A DNA stretch of 36,805 nucleotides from Verrucomicrobiia bacterium (GTDB lineage Bacteria; Verrucomicrobiota; Verrucomicrobiia; Limisphaerales; UBA11358): positions 1 to 36,805 of the forward strand of contig DATCFH010000206.1 in the NCBI GenBank assembly GCA_036509625.1. The letters run 5' to 3'. The notes beneath the pieces are model-generated. The model saw only the letters and a list, made by a program, of their open reading frames with translations. It was not told where the DNA came from and did not search any database. Position 1 is the first letter of the stretch; each line of letters opens with the position of its first letter. Position numbers and translations under genes: made by a program. Of this stretch, positions 15,139 to 23,504 are shown one piece after another.

Positions 15139-17262
15139 ATGAATAACCTGCGGCAGCATTACGTTTTCACCCAAAACCAAACGATGAAACCCGCCGCCCG
15201 CCGCACCGCCATCGTCCTCGCCATCTGCGCGGTCTGCACGCTGGTATTTTTGTTTTTGTGGCAGCGCGGGTTTGTGCCGTTGCAGGAAATGGAGTTTTCC
15301 GCGCAGGACTGGCAGGCTCGGCTCGGCCGCAAAACGCCAATGGATGACCGCCTCGTCCTCATCGGCATTGACAAGCCGGTTTATGCCGCCGACTTCAGCG
15401 ACGAAGAAATTCAGCGCGAACCCGTCCTGAAAAATTTGCAAAATACTTTTCCGTGGTCGCGCGCCGTCTGGGCGCGGCTCATCGAAAAACTTTCGGACGC
15501 GGGCGCAAAAGTAATTTTATTCGACTTGGTTTTCGCCTCGCAAAACGATGGCGACGACGCCCTCCGCGCCGCGCTCGAAAAGTATAAAGACCGCGTTGTC
15601 ATTGGCTATAACATCAGCGCCAAAAAAACCGGGCGCGGCGATTTCATGGAGCTGGAATTCCCCAATTCGTCCGTCGTGCAGACGAGCGAAACCAATTCGC
15701 CGGTGGCCGACGACCGGCTCGGTTACGTCAACATCTGGCCGGATTTCGACGGCATTTTGCGGCGCGCGCGCTATCGCCAGACCGGCGCACAAATCGACGA
15801 CATTCTGCCCGCCGAAACTATTCTCGAATCCATGGACGCCCGCGCGCTCCGCAAATTTGGCCGCGCTGATCTCATTCCCAGCGGCTTTGGCGAACAACTG
15901 TTTCGCTACACCGCGCGTCCCGGCGACGGCTACAAACCGATTCCCATTGGCGACGTGCTTTCGCCCGAGCTGTGGGAAAAGACCTATCACAACGGAAAAG
16001 ATTTTGCGGGCAAAATAATTCTCGTTGGCCCGACGGCGGAAATTTTTCAAGACGTTCACGACACGCCGTTCGATCCGAAAGCGATGGCCGGCCCGGAAAT
16101 TCATCTGCAAATTATCAACGCCGCCTTGCACGGCGAACTGCTCCGCGAACTGCCGCCGTTCGCCGCGAGTTTGTTCATTGCGCTCGCCGGATTTATTGCC
16201 GCCGGCTTTTGCCAGTTCATCCGCGCGCCGTTCAAGCGGCTGCTCCTGATTTTTCTTTTGGGCGGCGCATTTTTTCTCGCTTCCATCATTTGTTACAACC
16301 ACGCCAACCTCGTTTTGCCCGTGATGCCGCCGCTGCTCGTGCTGATGCTCATCGGCCTCGCAACCTTCGTTTACGATTTTGTCGTCGAGCGGTTGGAGCG
16401 CATGAAGTTGAAGCACACGATGGGACTATATTTTTCGCCGCGCGTGCTCGAAGCCGTGCTGGCCGATCCCGGCTCAATGGAACCGCGCCGCGCCAACGTC
16501 GTTTTGCTGTTGACCGATTTGCGTAATTCCACGCCGCTCGCCGAGGCGCTCGGTCCGAAAGGAATGTTCGATCTGCTCAATCAAGTTTTTGAAGCGCAAA
16601 CGAGCGCCATCATGGGCGAAGAAGGCAACCTCGAACATTTTCTCGGCGACCAGTTTTTAAGTTACTGGGGCGCGCCGCAAAAACAGGCGGACGCCGCCGA
16701 CCGCGCCAGCCGCGCCGCGCTGAAACTTATTTCCGCCATGGAAAATCTGCGCGCCACGCTCACGCCGGAAGTGCAAAAATTATTTGGTTACGGCGTCGCG
16801 CTGCACAGCGGCGGCGTGTTGGTGGGCAATAAAGGTTCCGCGTTGCGACTCGATTACGGCCTCGTCGGCGACACGGTGAACGAGGCCGCGCGCGTTGAGG
16901 CGCTTACGAAATACTACGGCGCGCGCCTGCTCGTGACGCGCGACGCGTTCGCGCAATTCAGCGCGCAGGGACAGCATCGCCTGATTGACCGCGTCATCGT
17001 GAAAGGCAAAAGCGAGCCGGTGGAATTGTTCGAGTGCGAAAATCCCTGCACGCCGCCGAACTTCGCGGAGATTTGCGCGCGCTACAAAAAAGCTTTCGAC
17101 GAATATCACTTTGGCCGTTTCGTCGAGGCGCAGCTAATGTTTGCCGCCATCGGCAAGGAATTTTCCGACGGACCGAGCAAAACCTTGTCCGCCCGCTGCG
17201 CCACGCTCGTCATTCATCCGCCGGAAAACTGGAACGGCATCTGGAAAATGGATGCAAAATAA
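15139..17262 (+). CDS. CHASE2 sensor domain / class III adenylate-guanylate cyclase
   Basis: An N-terminal TM helix is followed by a periplasmic region of about 300 aa (LVLIGIDKP..., ILFDLVF, GYVNIWPDFDGILRR, ILVGPTAE), about 3 TM helices and a class III cyclase domain (VVLLLTDLRNST, FLGDQFLSYWGAP, GLVGDTVNEAARVE). The start is uncertain: ATG at 15139, ATG at 15184 (MKPAARR), or TTG at 15121. Confidence 0.85.
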   Translation: MNNLRQHYVFTQNQTMKPAARRTAIVLAICAVCTLVFLFLWQRGFVPLQEMEFSAQDWQARLGRKTPMDDRLVLIGIDKPVYAADFSDEEIQREPVLKNLQNTFPWSRAVWARLIEKLSDAGAKVILFDLVFASQNDGDDALRAALEKYKDRVVIGYNISAKKTGRGDFMELEFPNSSVVQTSETNSPVADDRLGYVNIWPDFDGILRRARYRQTGAQIDDILPAETILESMDARALRKFGRADLIPSGFGEQLFRYTARPGDGYKPIPIGDVLSPELWEKTYHNGKDFAGKIILVGPTAEIFQDVHDTPFDPKAMAGPEIHLQIINAALHGELLRELPPFAASLFIALAGFIAAGFCQFIRAPFKRLLLIFLLGGAFFLASIICYNHANLVLPVMPPLLVLMLIGLATFVYDFVVERLERMKLKHTMGLYFSPRVLEAVLADPGSMEPRRANVVLLLTDLRNSTPLAEALGPKGMFDLLNQVFEAQTSAIMGEEGNLEHFLGDQFLSYWGAPQKQADAADRASRAALKLISAMENLRATLTPEVQKLFGYGVALHSGGVLVGNKGSALRLDYGLVGDTVNEAARVEALTKYYGARLLVTRDAFAQFSAQGQHRLIDRVIVKGKSEPVELFECENPCTPPNFAEICARYKKAFDEYHFGRFVEAQLMFAAIGKEFSDGPSKTLSARCATLVIHPPENWNGIWKMDAK

Positions 17263-17384
17263 TCAAAGCGGTTCCTTCCTTGCGACTGCAAAAAAAAGTT
17301 GCCAAAGGCATTTCCGCCAGCAAACTTGGTGCAAAGGATTCGGTCTGGCGGATGGTCTGACGGACTGAAATAATCTCATTTGCC

Positions 17385-20300
17385 ATGCATAGCCAGTTGC
17401 CTGCCCATCTCATCGCGCACATCAACGTCAAACTCGCCCTCATCGGCTGCTCGCCCGTGCCGCTCGAAGGCGACAAGGAATTCGTCGAGATCGCCGCCGC
17501 GATGGCCGCGCAATCGCGCGAAAAAGACCGGCTGCTCGGCCAGCATCTTTGTCCCGCCGACGCGCGCATCCAGACTTTTCTCTACGATTATTTGCAGGAC
17601 ATTCCCGCGCCGAAATTGCCCGCGCGCACGTTCACGCTCGACCGCGCGGGTCTCGCGCGGGTGCTTTCGCTGCCGGTTGACCGCAATGATTTTTCATCCG
17701 ACATCATCAATTCCTACCGCGTCAAACAAGGCGTTTTACACAATCCGAAAAGCGACCGCCGCACGACCGCCGGAATTTTTCACGTCTGCGAAGGCGGTTT
17801 GCCGATTCCCGACGACAAGCTCGGCGTGCCGAAAGCTACGTTCGCAAAAATCGTCCAGCACGCGCTCACGCCGCCACGCGAACTGCTGAAATTGCCGTTC
17901 ACTTCCACGCAGCCGCAGCCGGCGGAATGTTTCGTCACGCTGTTGATCCGCCCGCTCGTGTGTCCCGAAGTTCCCGGCTTCACCAAAAAGAAAACGATGG
18001 AAGTCCGCTTCTTCGTGCCGGGCAATCTCGTGAGCAATTTGGATTTCGTCGAAGCCATTTTTGAAAACGGCGGCGACCCGTTGCTGCCGGAAAATGACGC
18101 CGCACTCGACACGGAACATTGGAGCGGCCACACCGGCTGCATCATTCTTGCGCCGCATTTGACGAAGCTCACGAAAAAATCCGTCGGTTTGCCGGATTGG
18201 GATTCCGCCACGGAACGCCAGCGGCGCGACGGGATGTGCTGGAAAAAAGAAGACGAACTTTACAACGGCGGCAACGCTTTCAAGCTGACCTGCCGTGACG
18301 AAACGGGCGTCATTGTTACGATTATCGCCGACAATTATTTCGGCTATTGCAAAAAAGAAGTGAAGACGCAGTTGAGTTACGCCGCCAATTTGTTCGGTCT
18401 CGCCGAAGAAGAACACGCGGGCGGCGCGCTCGTTTTTCAGAGCTACGATCTCGGCGAGGAATTCAGCGGCGATGTCCACGTCCGTCGGCTCGGCCATCGT
18501 TTTGAGGAAGTGGCCGCCCTATTCGCCGGCGCGCTAGAGGTGAAGCCGGAAGGCTACGCGGTGGACAAAAAATTTCCGGAGATTCTCTACATTCCGCACG
18601 ACGCGCATTTTGATTTGAAGTCGCAAAAAGTTTCGTGGACGAATGCGACGGGCGATCACGCCATCAAACTTTCGCCGGAAAAAACTTACGTCCGCCCGTC
18701 CGGCTACAAGGTCAAAATGGAAAAACCGCCGGGCGCGGGACGTCAATGGCGGCTCGTCGGCACGGTCGCCGAAGGAACTTTCTGCCACAAGCCCTGCACG
18801 GTTTCCGGCGGCGGCAAATCGGAAATTTCAAAACCGATCACGGACGCAATTTTGACCGGCCCGGTTTTTGTTTCGGATTTGAAAAACGATTTTGACCGCG
18901 TCGAAGAATTGATTGACCGCGATTACTCAAATCGTTTTGCCGACCAGGCGCACACCGACGCGCGCACCGTGCTTTCGCCCGAACGCTCGCTTGGCTCCGT
19001 CATCAAACTGCTCACGCCGGACGAACACGATTACACGCCGAATTACAATACCTGGCTCGCGTCGTTGCCGCAGCACGTCAAGGAACTCGCCTTCGTCGTG
19101 AAGCGCTATTACAAGCCGGAATGGGGCGCGGACTGGCGCGCGCATTTCAGCGTGGACATCATCAACGGCATACCCGGCAACGAACTCAAGTGCGACAACC
19201 GCAAGCTCGTCACGACTTATTTGCGCGTCGGTTTCGACGGCGACGGCGCGTGGCGCACGTTTGGTTTGCGCAAGGATTTTTATCCCGCCGTCAAAGTGCA
19301 GATGGAAGACGATATCACCGCGTCCACCGTTGTGCCACCGGGTTTGCTGGAAGATTTGCCCGCCAACATTGATGAAAACTGCTCGCTTAAGTTTGCCCAG
19401 AACTGTGAACAGCGTTTATTCCAGCGCCCCGACGACGCGATTCATCGCGGCTACGACAAGCAGGCGGAACTGGATTTCGTGCAGCCGGAAAATTTCTTTT
19501 CCAATTACGAACCGCTCACGCCGAAAAATGCGCGCGACATGGTGGAGGACGCGCTGGGCTTCCACGAGTTCACCGAGCCGATGCAAAGGTTCGTGGGCGA
19601 AGTCGCGGCGACGGGCGCGCCGGATTATTTTGTCTGCACCGCGAATCCGCGCATCGTGGACGGCAAGCCGACGAAAAATCCACGCTACTTGCAAAAGCGT
19701 CCCGACCTCGTGCGCGCGAGCGAAACGTATCTGGCGGAAATTTCCGCGCGCCTGCGCCGCCGCGTGCCGCCGGAAAAACCGTTATACACACCGGTCACCG
19801 CCGTGTTGCCGGGACGCCGCAACAATCCGCCGGAAACCGGCATCCGCGCGCTGGCGTGCTACAACCCGATTCATTTCATGGAATTGCCGGAATTGTTCAT
19901 GGAAGTGATTTGCAGCATGACCGGCAAATCGCCTTCGACCACCGGCGCGGGTTCGGAAGGCGCGCTGACGAAAGGGCCGTTCAACGCGCTGCCGCCGATC
20001 ATTGACCTGAACAACGCGCTCGTGTCATTTATTCTTACGGGACAAAACGCGTTTGTGACCGCCGCCGGTTACGTCGGGCCAAATCTGCGTGTGGATCACG
20101 ATGTCAGTTTGATTGTGCCGGAAATCTGGTGTCGCCTGACCGCCGAGGAACGCAATCCGAAATTTCTCATCGCGAACCATTTTCTCGACAAGTGCGCGGA
20201 CTTTGAGCACGACGGTAAAAAAGTTTTGGCGAGCCGGCTCGGCTGGCGCATCAACGCGCGCTTCGTCCACAATTTTTTTGGCCGTATGTTCAACCATCCG

Positions 20301-20801
20301 CAGGCCGTGTTCACCGAGGCGATGCTCAAGCCGGAATTACAGGGCAAAGACATTTTTGCGGATGGCATGGACAACATCGTGGCCACGCAAAAACGCGTCG
20401 CAAAAATGTATTTCGCCGACGGCAGCATCGCGCAGGCGTGCCCGCCGTTGCAGGCGTTGCTGCACATCATGCTCAACGACGAATGGGACGGGAAACAGCT
20501 CGACCATGCGGAGGTTCGGAAACTTTTTACGCGCGAAAACCTGCTGGCAAGCCCGTGGTATGCGGCGCGTTTGGCGGCGAAACAAAAAGTGGATCGTAAT
20601 CTCTGGAAGCGCCACGTCGAATGCTTGAACCAGTTTTTACGCCGCCCGAATTACACGGACGTTTCGGAAAAGCTCGGCATCGCGGACCGCCTCACGGCCG
20701 CGCGAAAAACTTTGGAAGCGGTCGAGTCTGCGGATTATCCGAAGCAACTGGTGGGAACCATCGGTGCGGAGCCGATTGAAAATTACGCGCGCGCAAGTTA
20801 G
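17385..20801 (+). CDS. Large conserved cytoplasmic protein (1138 aa); possibly PPi-dependent phosphoenolpyruvate carboxykinase (tentative)
   Basis: The uninterrupted 1138-codon ORF is very likely real. No signal peptide or TM helix is apparent. A P-loop-like CTVSGGGKSEISK resembles the kinase-1a loop of PEPCKs, and IIADNYFGYCKKE sits where ATP-PEPCKs have IGDDEHGW. The size matches the roughly 130-kDa PPi-PEPCK family. The functional call rests on memory only. Confidence 0.45.
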   Translation: MHSQLPAHLIAHINVKLALIGCSPVPLEGDKEFVEIAAAMAAQSREKDRLLGQHLCPADARIQTFLYDYLQDIPAPKLPARTFTLDRAGLARVLSLPVDRNDFSSDIINSYRVKQGVLHNPKSDRRTTAGIFHVCEGGLPIPDDKLGVPKATFAKIVQHALTPPRELLKLPFTSTQPQPAECFVTLLIRPLVCPEVPGFTKKKTMEVRFFVPGNLVSNLDFVEAIFENGGDPLLPENDAALDTEHWSGHTGCIILAPHLTKLTKKSVGLPDWDSATERQRRDGMCWKKEDELYNGGNAFKLTCRDETGVIVTIIADNYFGYCKKEVKTQLSYAANLFGLAEEEHAGGALVFQSYDLGEEFSGDVHVRRLGHRFEEVAALFAGALEVKPEGYAVDKKFPEILYIPHDAHFDLKSQKVSWTNATGDHAIKLSPEKTYVRPSGYKVKMEKPPGAGRQWRLVGTVAEGTFCHKPCTVSGGGKSEISKPITDAILTGPVFVSDLKNDFDRVEELIDRDYSNRFADQAHTDARTVLSPERSLGSVIKLLTPDEHDYTPNYNTWLASLPQHVKELAFVVKRYYKPEWGADWRAHFSVDIINGIPGNELKCDNRKLVTTYLRVGFDGDGAWRTFGLRKDFYPAVKVQMEDDITASTVVPPGLLEDLPANIDENCSLKFAQNCEQRLFQRPDDAIHRGYDKQAELDFVQPENFFSNYEPLTPKNARDMVEDALGFHEFTEPMQRFVGEVAATGAPDYFVCTANPRIVDGKPTKNPRYLQKRPDLVRASETYLAEISARLRRRVPPEKPLYTPVTAVLPGRRNNPPETGIRALACYNPIHFMELPELFMEVICSMTGKSPSTTGAGSEGALTKGPFNALPPIIDLNNALVSFILTGQNAFVTAAGYVGPNLRVDHDVSLIVPEIWCRLTAEERNPKFLIANHFLDKCADFEHDGKKVLASRLGWRINARFVHNFFGRMFNHPQAVFTEAMLKPELQGKDIFADGMDNIVATQKRVAKMYFADGSIAQACPPLQALLHIMLNDEWDGKQLDHAEVRKLFTRENLLASPWYAARLAAKQKVDRNLWKRHVECLNQFLRRPNYTDVSEKLGIADRLTAARKTLEAVESADYPKQLVGTIGAEPIENYARAS

Positions 20802-20817
20802 CGCGCACGGGGAAAAC

Positions 20818-21576
20818 CTAATCCGGTTTTTCGCCGTAGTTGATGGCCATCGCGCCGCCGAGCAGGTTGATGACGCGGACATTTTTTAATTTCAACGCGC
20901 GCATTTTTTCCGCCACGGCGAGTTGCGCGGGATAATGTTTGAGCGATTCCAAAATGTAGGCGTAAGCCGAGGCGTCGCCGCAAAACAGCCAGCCCATCAG
21001 CGGCACGGACATTTTTAAGTGCGTAAAATAAAGGCTGCGCCAGAGTGCGTTCGCCGGTTTGCCGAAGTCCAGCACGATGAGCCGCGCGCCAGGTTTGGCG
21101 ACGCGAAACATTTCATCCAAACCCCGTTCCCAGCTCGTCAAATTACGCAAGCCGTAGCCGACGGTGACGATGTCGCAGAAATTTTCCGGAAACGGAAGCT
21201 GCTGCGCGTCGCCCTGAAGGAATTGCGGATTGTGGATTGCGGATTGTGGATTTTTATTCTGATTTCCGGCTTCTGACTTCTGGCTTCTGTTGGCGGCGAC
21301 TTCGAGCATTTGCGCGCTGAAATCAAGGCCGATAGTTTCCGCGCCGCCGCGCGCGAGGGCAAAAGAAATATCGCCCGTGCCGCAACAGAGGTCGAGCGCG
21401 CGGTCGCCATTTTTTATTTGCGCGAGTTTGACGACGCGACGTTTCCAAAGCCGGTGCAGGCCGAAGCTTTGCAGGTCGTTCAGAAAATCGTAGCGGCGGG
21501 CGATGCGGGCGAAGAGGTCGTTGACCTTCGCCGCGCGCTGGTCGCCGGGTGCGTAATAGGCGTTGCTCACCCGCAC
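20818..21576 (-). CDS. ubiE: Demethylmenaquinone / ubiquinone biosynthesis C-methyltransferase UbiE/MenG
   Basis: Family motifs VNDLFARIARRYDFLNDLQSFGLHRLWKR, the SAM motif LDLCCGTGD, TVGYGLRNLTSWERGL, and the C-terminal GGAMAINYGEK. Confidence 0.9.
   Translation of the reverse strand: MRVSNAYYAPGDQRAAKVNDLFARIARRYDFLNDLQSFGLHRLWKRRVVKLAQIKNGDRALDLCCGTGDISFALARGGAETIGLDFSAQMLEVAANRSQKSEAGNQNKNPQSAIHNPQFLQGDAQQLPFPENFCDIVTVGYGLRNLTSWERGLDEMFRVAKPGARLIVLDFGKPANALWRSLYFTHLKMSVPLMGWLFCGDASAYAYILESLKHYPAQLAVAEKMRALKLKNVRVINLLGGAMAINYGEKPD
21225..21289. repeat. Two short heptanucleotide tandem-repeat tracts inside the ubiE coding sequence
   Basis: GCGGATTGTGGATT occurs twice in tandem at 21225-21252, which amounts to four 7-nt units GCGGATT/GTGGATT. 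CTTCTGA CTTCTGG CTTCTG lies at 21270-21289. On the coding strand the region translates in frame as RSQKSEAGNQNKNPQSAIHNPQ. Confidence 0.75.
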
Positions 21577-21684
21577 AGTCTAGCGGTGGCGGCGCGCATG
21601 GCAAAGCCGAGAAATGTCTTTGCGCCGGACAGGAGCTTTGTTAGGTTCGGTGCGAAGTTTCAGCGGATTCTTACGAACAAATTT

Positions 21685-22095
21685 ATGAGCACCGGCGGAC
21701 AGCCTAAAAAAATCTTGGTGGTGGACGACAACGAAATTGTCATCAAGACCATTTCCCTAAAGTTGCAGGGGGCGGGCTACCAAGTATTGACGGCCATGGA
21801 CGGTTCGACCGCCGTGTCCATCGCGCGGAAAGAAACGCCGGATTTGATTCTGTTAGACTTGAGTTTTCCGCCAGACGTGGACGGCGTGCCGTGGGACGGT
21901 TTCCGCATCATGGAATGGTTTCACCGGCTGGACAACGTAAAAAAAATTCCCATCATCGTCATTACCGGCACCGATGATCCCTTGGCGAAACAGCGCGCCA
22001 CCAACACGGGCGCGGTGGCCTATTTTCAAAAGCCACTGGAACATGACTATCTGCTGAAAGTCATCCGGGCGACGCTGGGCGAAAGCGTCAAGTGA
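21685..22095 (+). CDS. Stand-alone response regulator receiver protein (CheY-like)
   Basis: ATG at 21685. The sequence KKILVVDDNEIVIKT...DLILLDLSFP...IPIIVITGT...GAVAYFQKP shows the receiver acidic pocket, the phospho-acceptor Asp, and the conserved Thr and Lys. There is no output domain. The longer ORF from 21310 is antisense to ubiE. Confidence 0.85.
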   Translation: MSTGGQPKKILVVDDNEIVIKTISLKLQGAGYQVLTAMDGSTAVSIARKETPDLILLDLSFPPDVDGVPWDGFRIMEWFHRLDNVKKIPIIVITGTDDPLAKQRATNTGAVAYFQKPLEHDYLLKVIRATLGESVK

Positions 22096-22109
22096 CGGAA
22101 AATTCAGGC

Positions 22110-22137
22110 TTGCCAGTCGCGGCGACTGGCTTATGAT
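22110..22137 (+). promoter_or_regulatory. Putative sigma-70-type promoter for tRNA-Gly, overlapping a possible terminator hairpin of the upstream receiver gene
   Basis: TTGCCA at 22110-22115, a 16-nt spacer, then TATGAT at 22132-22137, which is 16 nt before the mature tRNA 5' end. The spacer holds an 8-bp stem with a 3-nt loop (GCCAGTCG-CGG-CGACTGGC, 22112-22130). That hairpin could instead terminate the receiver gene. Confidence 0.35.
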
Positions 22138-22153
22138 ACACAGACCTTTGGAT

Positions 22154-22229
22154 GCGAGCGTAGCTCAGTTGGTAGAGCATCACGTTGCCAACGTGAACGT
22201 CGAGGGTTCAAGTCCCTTCGCTCGCTCCA
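22154..22229 (+). tRNA. tRNA-Gly (anticodon GCC), with encoded CCA
   Basis: I folded the cloverleaf by hand. Acceptor stem GCGAGCG/CGCTCGC, D arm GCTC-AGTTGGTA-GAGC, anticodon arm TCACG-TTGCCAA-CGTGA, variable loop ACGTC, T arm GAGGG-TTCAAGT-CCCTT, discriminator T, then CCA. Total length is 76 nt. Confidence 0.95.
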
Positions 22230-22423
22230 CTCTTTTATTCGGATTTCTGCAAATTCCCGCCACCTTGGCCGAATTTTTCTCGGTATTCGATCCCTTCCCG
22301 CTCATGCTTTATCATGCCGTTTGGTGCGGACTTAAAAAATATCCGGATGCACGGCAGTAAAACATATCCGTCCAACCGATGTGTAAGCAGCGTCCATGTC
22401 GAGATGGAAGCTGACGCAAAACA

Positions 22424-23143
22424 TTAGCGGAGGATTGATTGGTTGGATTTAAGCCATTGCTCAGCCATTAAGTAATCTGGGCACAAACGCTCCACTTCCT
22501 GCCAAAATTTATTGGAATGATTCATCTGCTTACGATGTGCCAGTTCATGCAGGATGATATAATCGCGAACAAATGTCGGCGTCTGAATCAATCGCCAGTT
22601 CAGTGAAATTGTTCCTCTCCTCGAACATGAACCCCACCGTGATTTTTGATTCCTGACTGATACGCGCGAAACCTCAATGCCGTGAAGGGCTGCCAATTCC
22701 ATGACCCGCGCTAGAAATTCCTGTTGAGCGAGTTTACGAAGATACTTTTGAATTGCTGGTCTCAAATCCACAGACACATCACGAAGATCCAACAATTCAG
22801 AACCAAAGCGAATCCGTCCAGCCGTTTCAACCTCAATCCGCACAAGCTCACCCCTAAACAAAATCTCTGTTCCCAGCCTCCATTCAGTTACGGTTTTGGG
22901 TTGTGCGGCTAACCGTTGGAATTGCAGTTCCAGCCAGCCGATGTTTCTTAAAGCAAATTCTGTGGCAGCCTTAATCGAACCCCTCCTCGGAACCGTGACG
23001 CGCGCAACCCCATCCTGTCGTAAGCGTAAAAGATAACGACGGGCACGCGGATGATGCACGAATAACAATGACACCGATCTTGAGCCTACTTGCAAAACAT
23101 CGGTCTTCGGCTCTGGCTTAAATCTAAAAAGTTGGTCGAACAT
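22424..23143 (-). CDS. YgjP/DUF45-type (M48-like) metal-dependent hydrolase
   Basis: The C-terminal signature is WGSCSRRGTISLNWRLIQTPTFVRDYIILHELAHRKQMNHSNKFWQEVERLCPDY, with HELAH as the HExxH motif. I prefer the ATG at 23143; a TTG at 23167 is also possible. The gene is visibly more AT-rich than its neighbours. Confidence 0.8.
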   Translation of the reverse strand: MFDQLFRFKPEPKTDVLQVGSRSVSLLFVHHPRARRYLLRLRQDGVARVTVPRRGSIKAATEFALRNIGWLELQFQRLAAQPKTVTEWRLGTEILFRGELVRIEVETAGRIRFGSELLDLRDVSVDLRPAIQKYLRKLAQQEFLARVMELAALHGIEVSRVSVRNQKSRWGSCSRRGTISLNWRLIQTPTFVRDYIILHELAHRKQMNHSNKFWQEVERLCPDYLMAEQWLKSNQSILR

Positions 23144-23225
23144 TGTGCTGCTAATGTTTTCGCCCAATGCACAGGGAATGTAAAGACGCGGCTGAACGGG
23201 AAATGACTGGCCTACGAAATTGTGA

Positions 23226-23504
23226 TTAATTCATCAACGCCCGCCGTCCGTGACAGTTGCGCCCGTCGAGCAAAAACAAATCGTCGAGTGGAGCGGCTTT
23301 ACGGGTCGCACCGAGCCGGTGGAGTCGGTGGAAATTCGCCCGCGCGTTTCCGGTTACATTCAGGAAGTGCGTTTTCAATCCGGTCAGTTGGTGAAGAAAG
23401 GCGACGTGCTTTCCGTCATTGATCCGCGCTGGCATCAGGCAGTGTTCGATCAGCGCCAGGCTGAATATGGCCACGCCAAAAGCGAGAACGATCGCACCGC
23501 TTAA
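23226..23504 (+). pseudogene. Remnant of an RND/MFP efflux periplasmic adaptor gene, truncated at both ends
   Basis: The fragment translates as [75 protein letters not shown]. This matches the N-terminal lipoyl/hairpin-start region of AcrA/MexA-type adaptors. An in-frame stop at 23223-23225 removes the signal/lipobox region. The frame ends after about 90 codons, overlapping the stop of the SecA-like gene. Confidence 0.6.

Noticed and set aside
15517-16416. 299-aa minus-strand ORF inside the CHASE2 cyclase gene
   Set aside because: It is an antisense shadow ORF. The plus-strand frame is continuous and has domain signatures.
17736-18497. 253-aa minus-strand ORF inside the 1138-aa gene
   Set aside because: It is an antisense shadow ORF of low complexity.
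21310-21684. 5' extension of the response-regulator ORF
   Set aside because: It is antisense to ubiE. The receiver domain begins right after the ATG at 21685.
22133-22360. 75-aa plus-strand ORF
   Set aside because: It runs straight through the tRNA-Gly gene and is an artefact.
22230-23250. Integrase, transposase or an att repeat next to tRNA-Gly
   Set aside because: No recombinase-like ORF is present, and I could not spot a duplicate of the tRNA 3' end by eye. I leave it as a check, not a claim.
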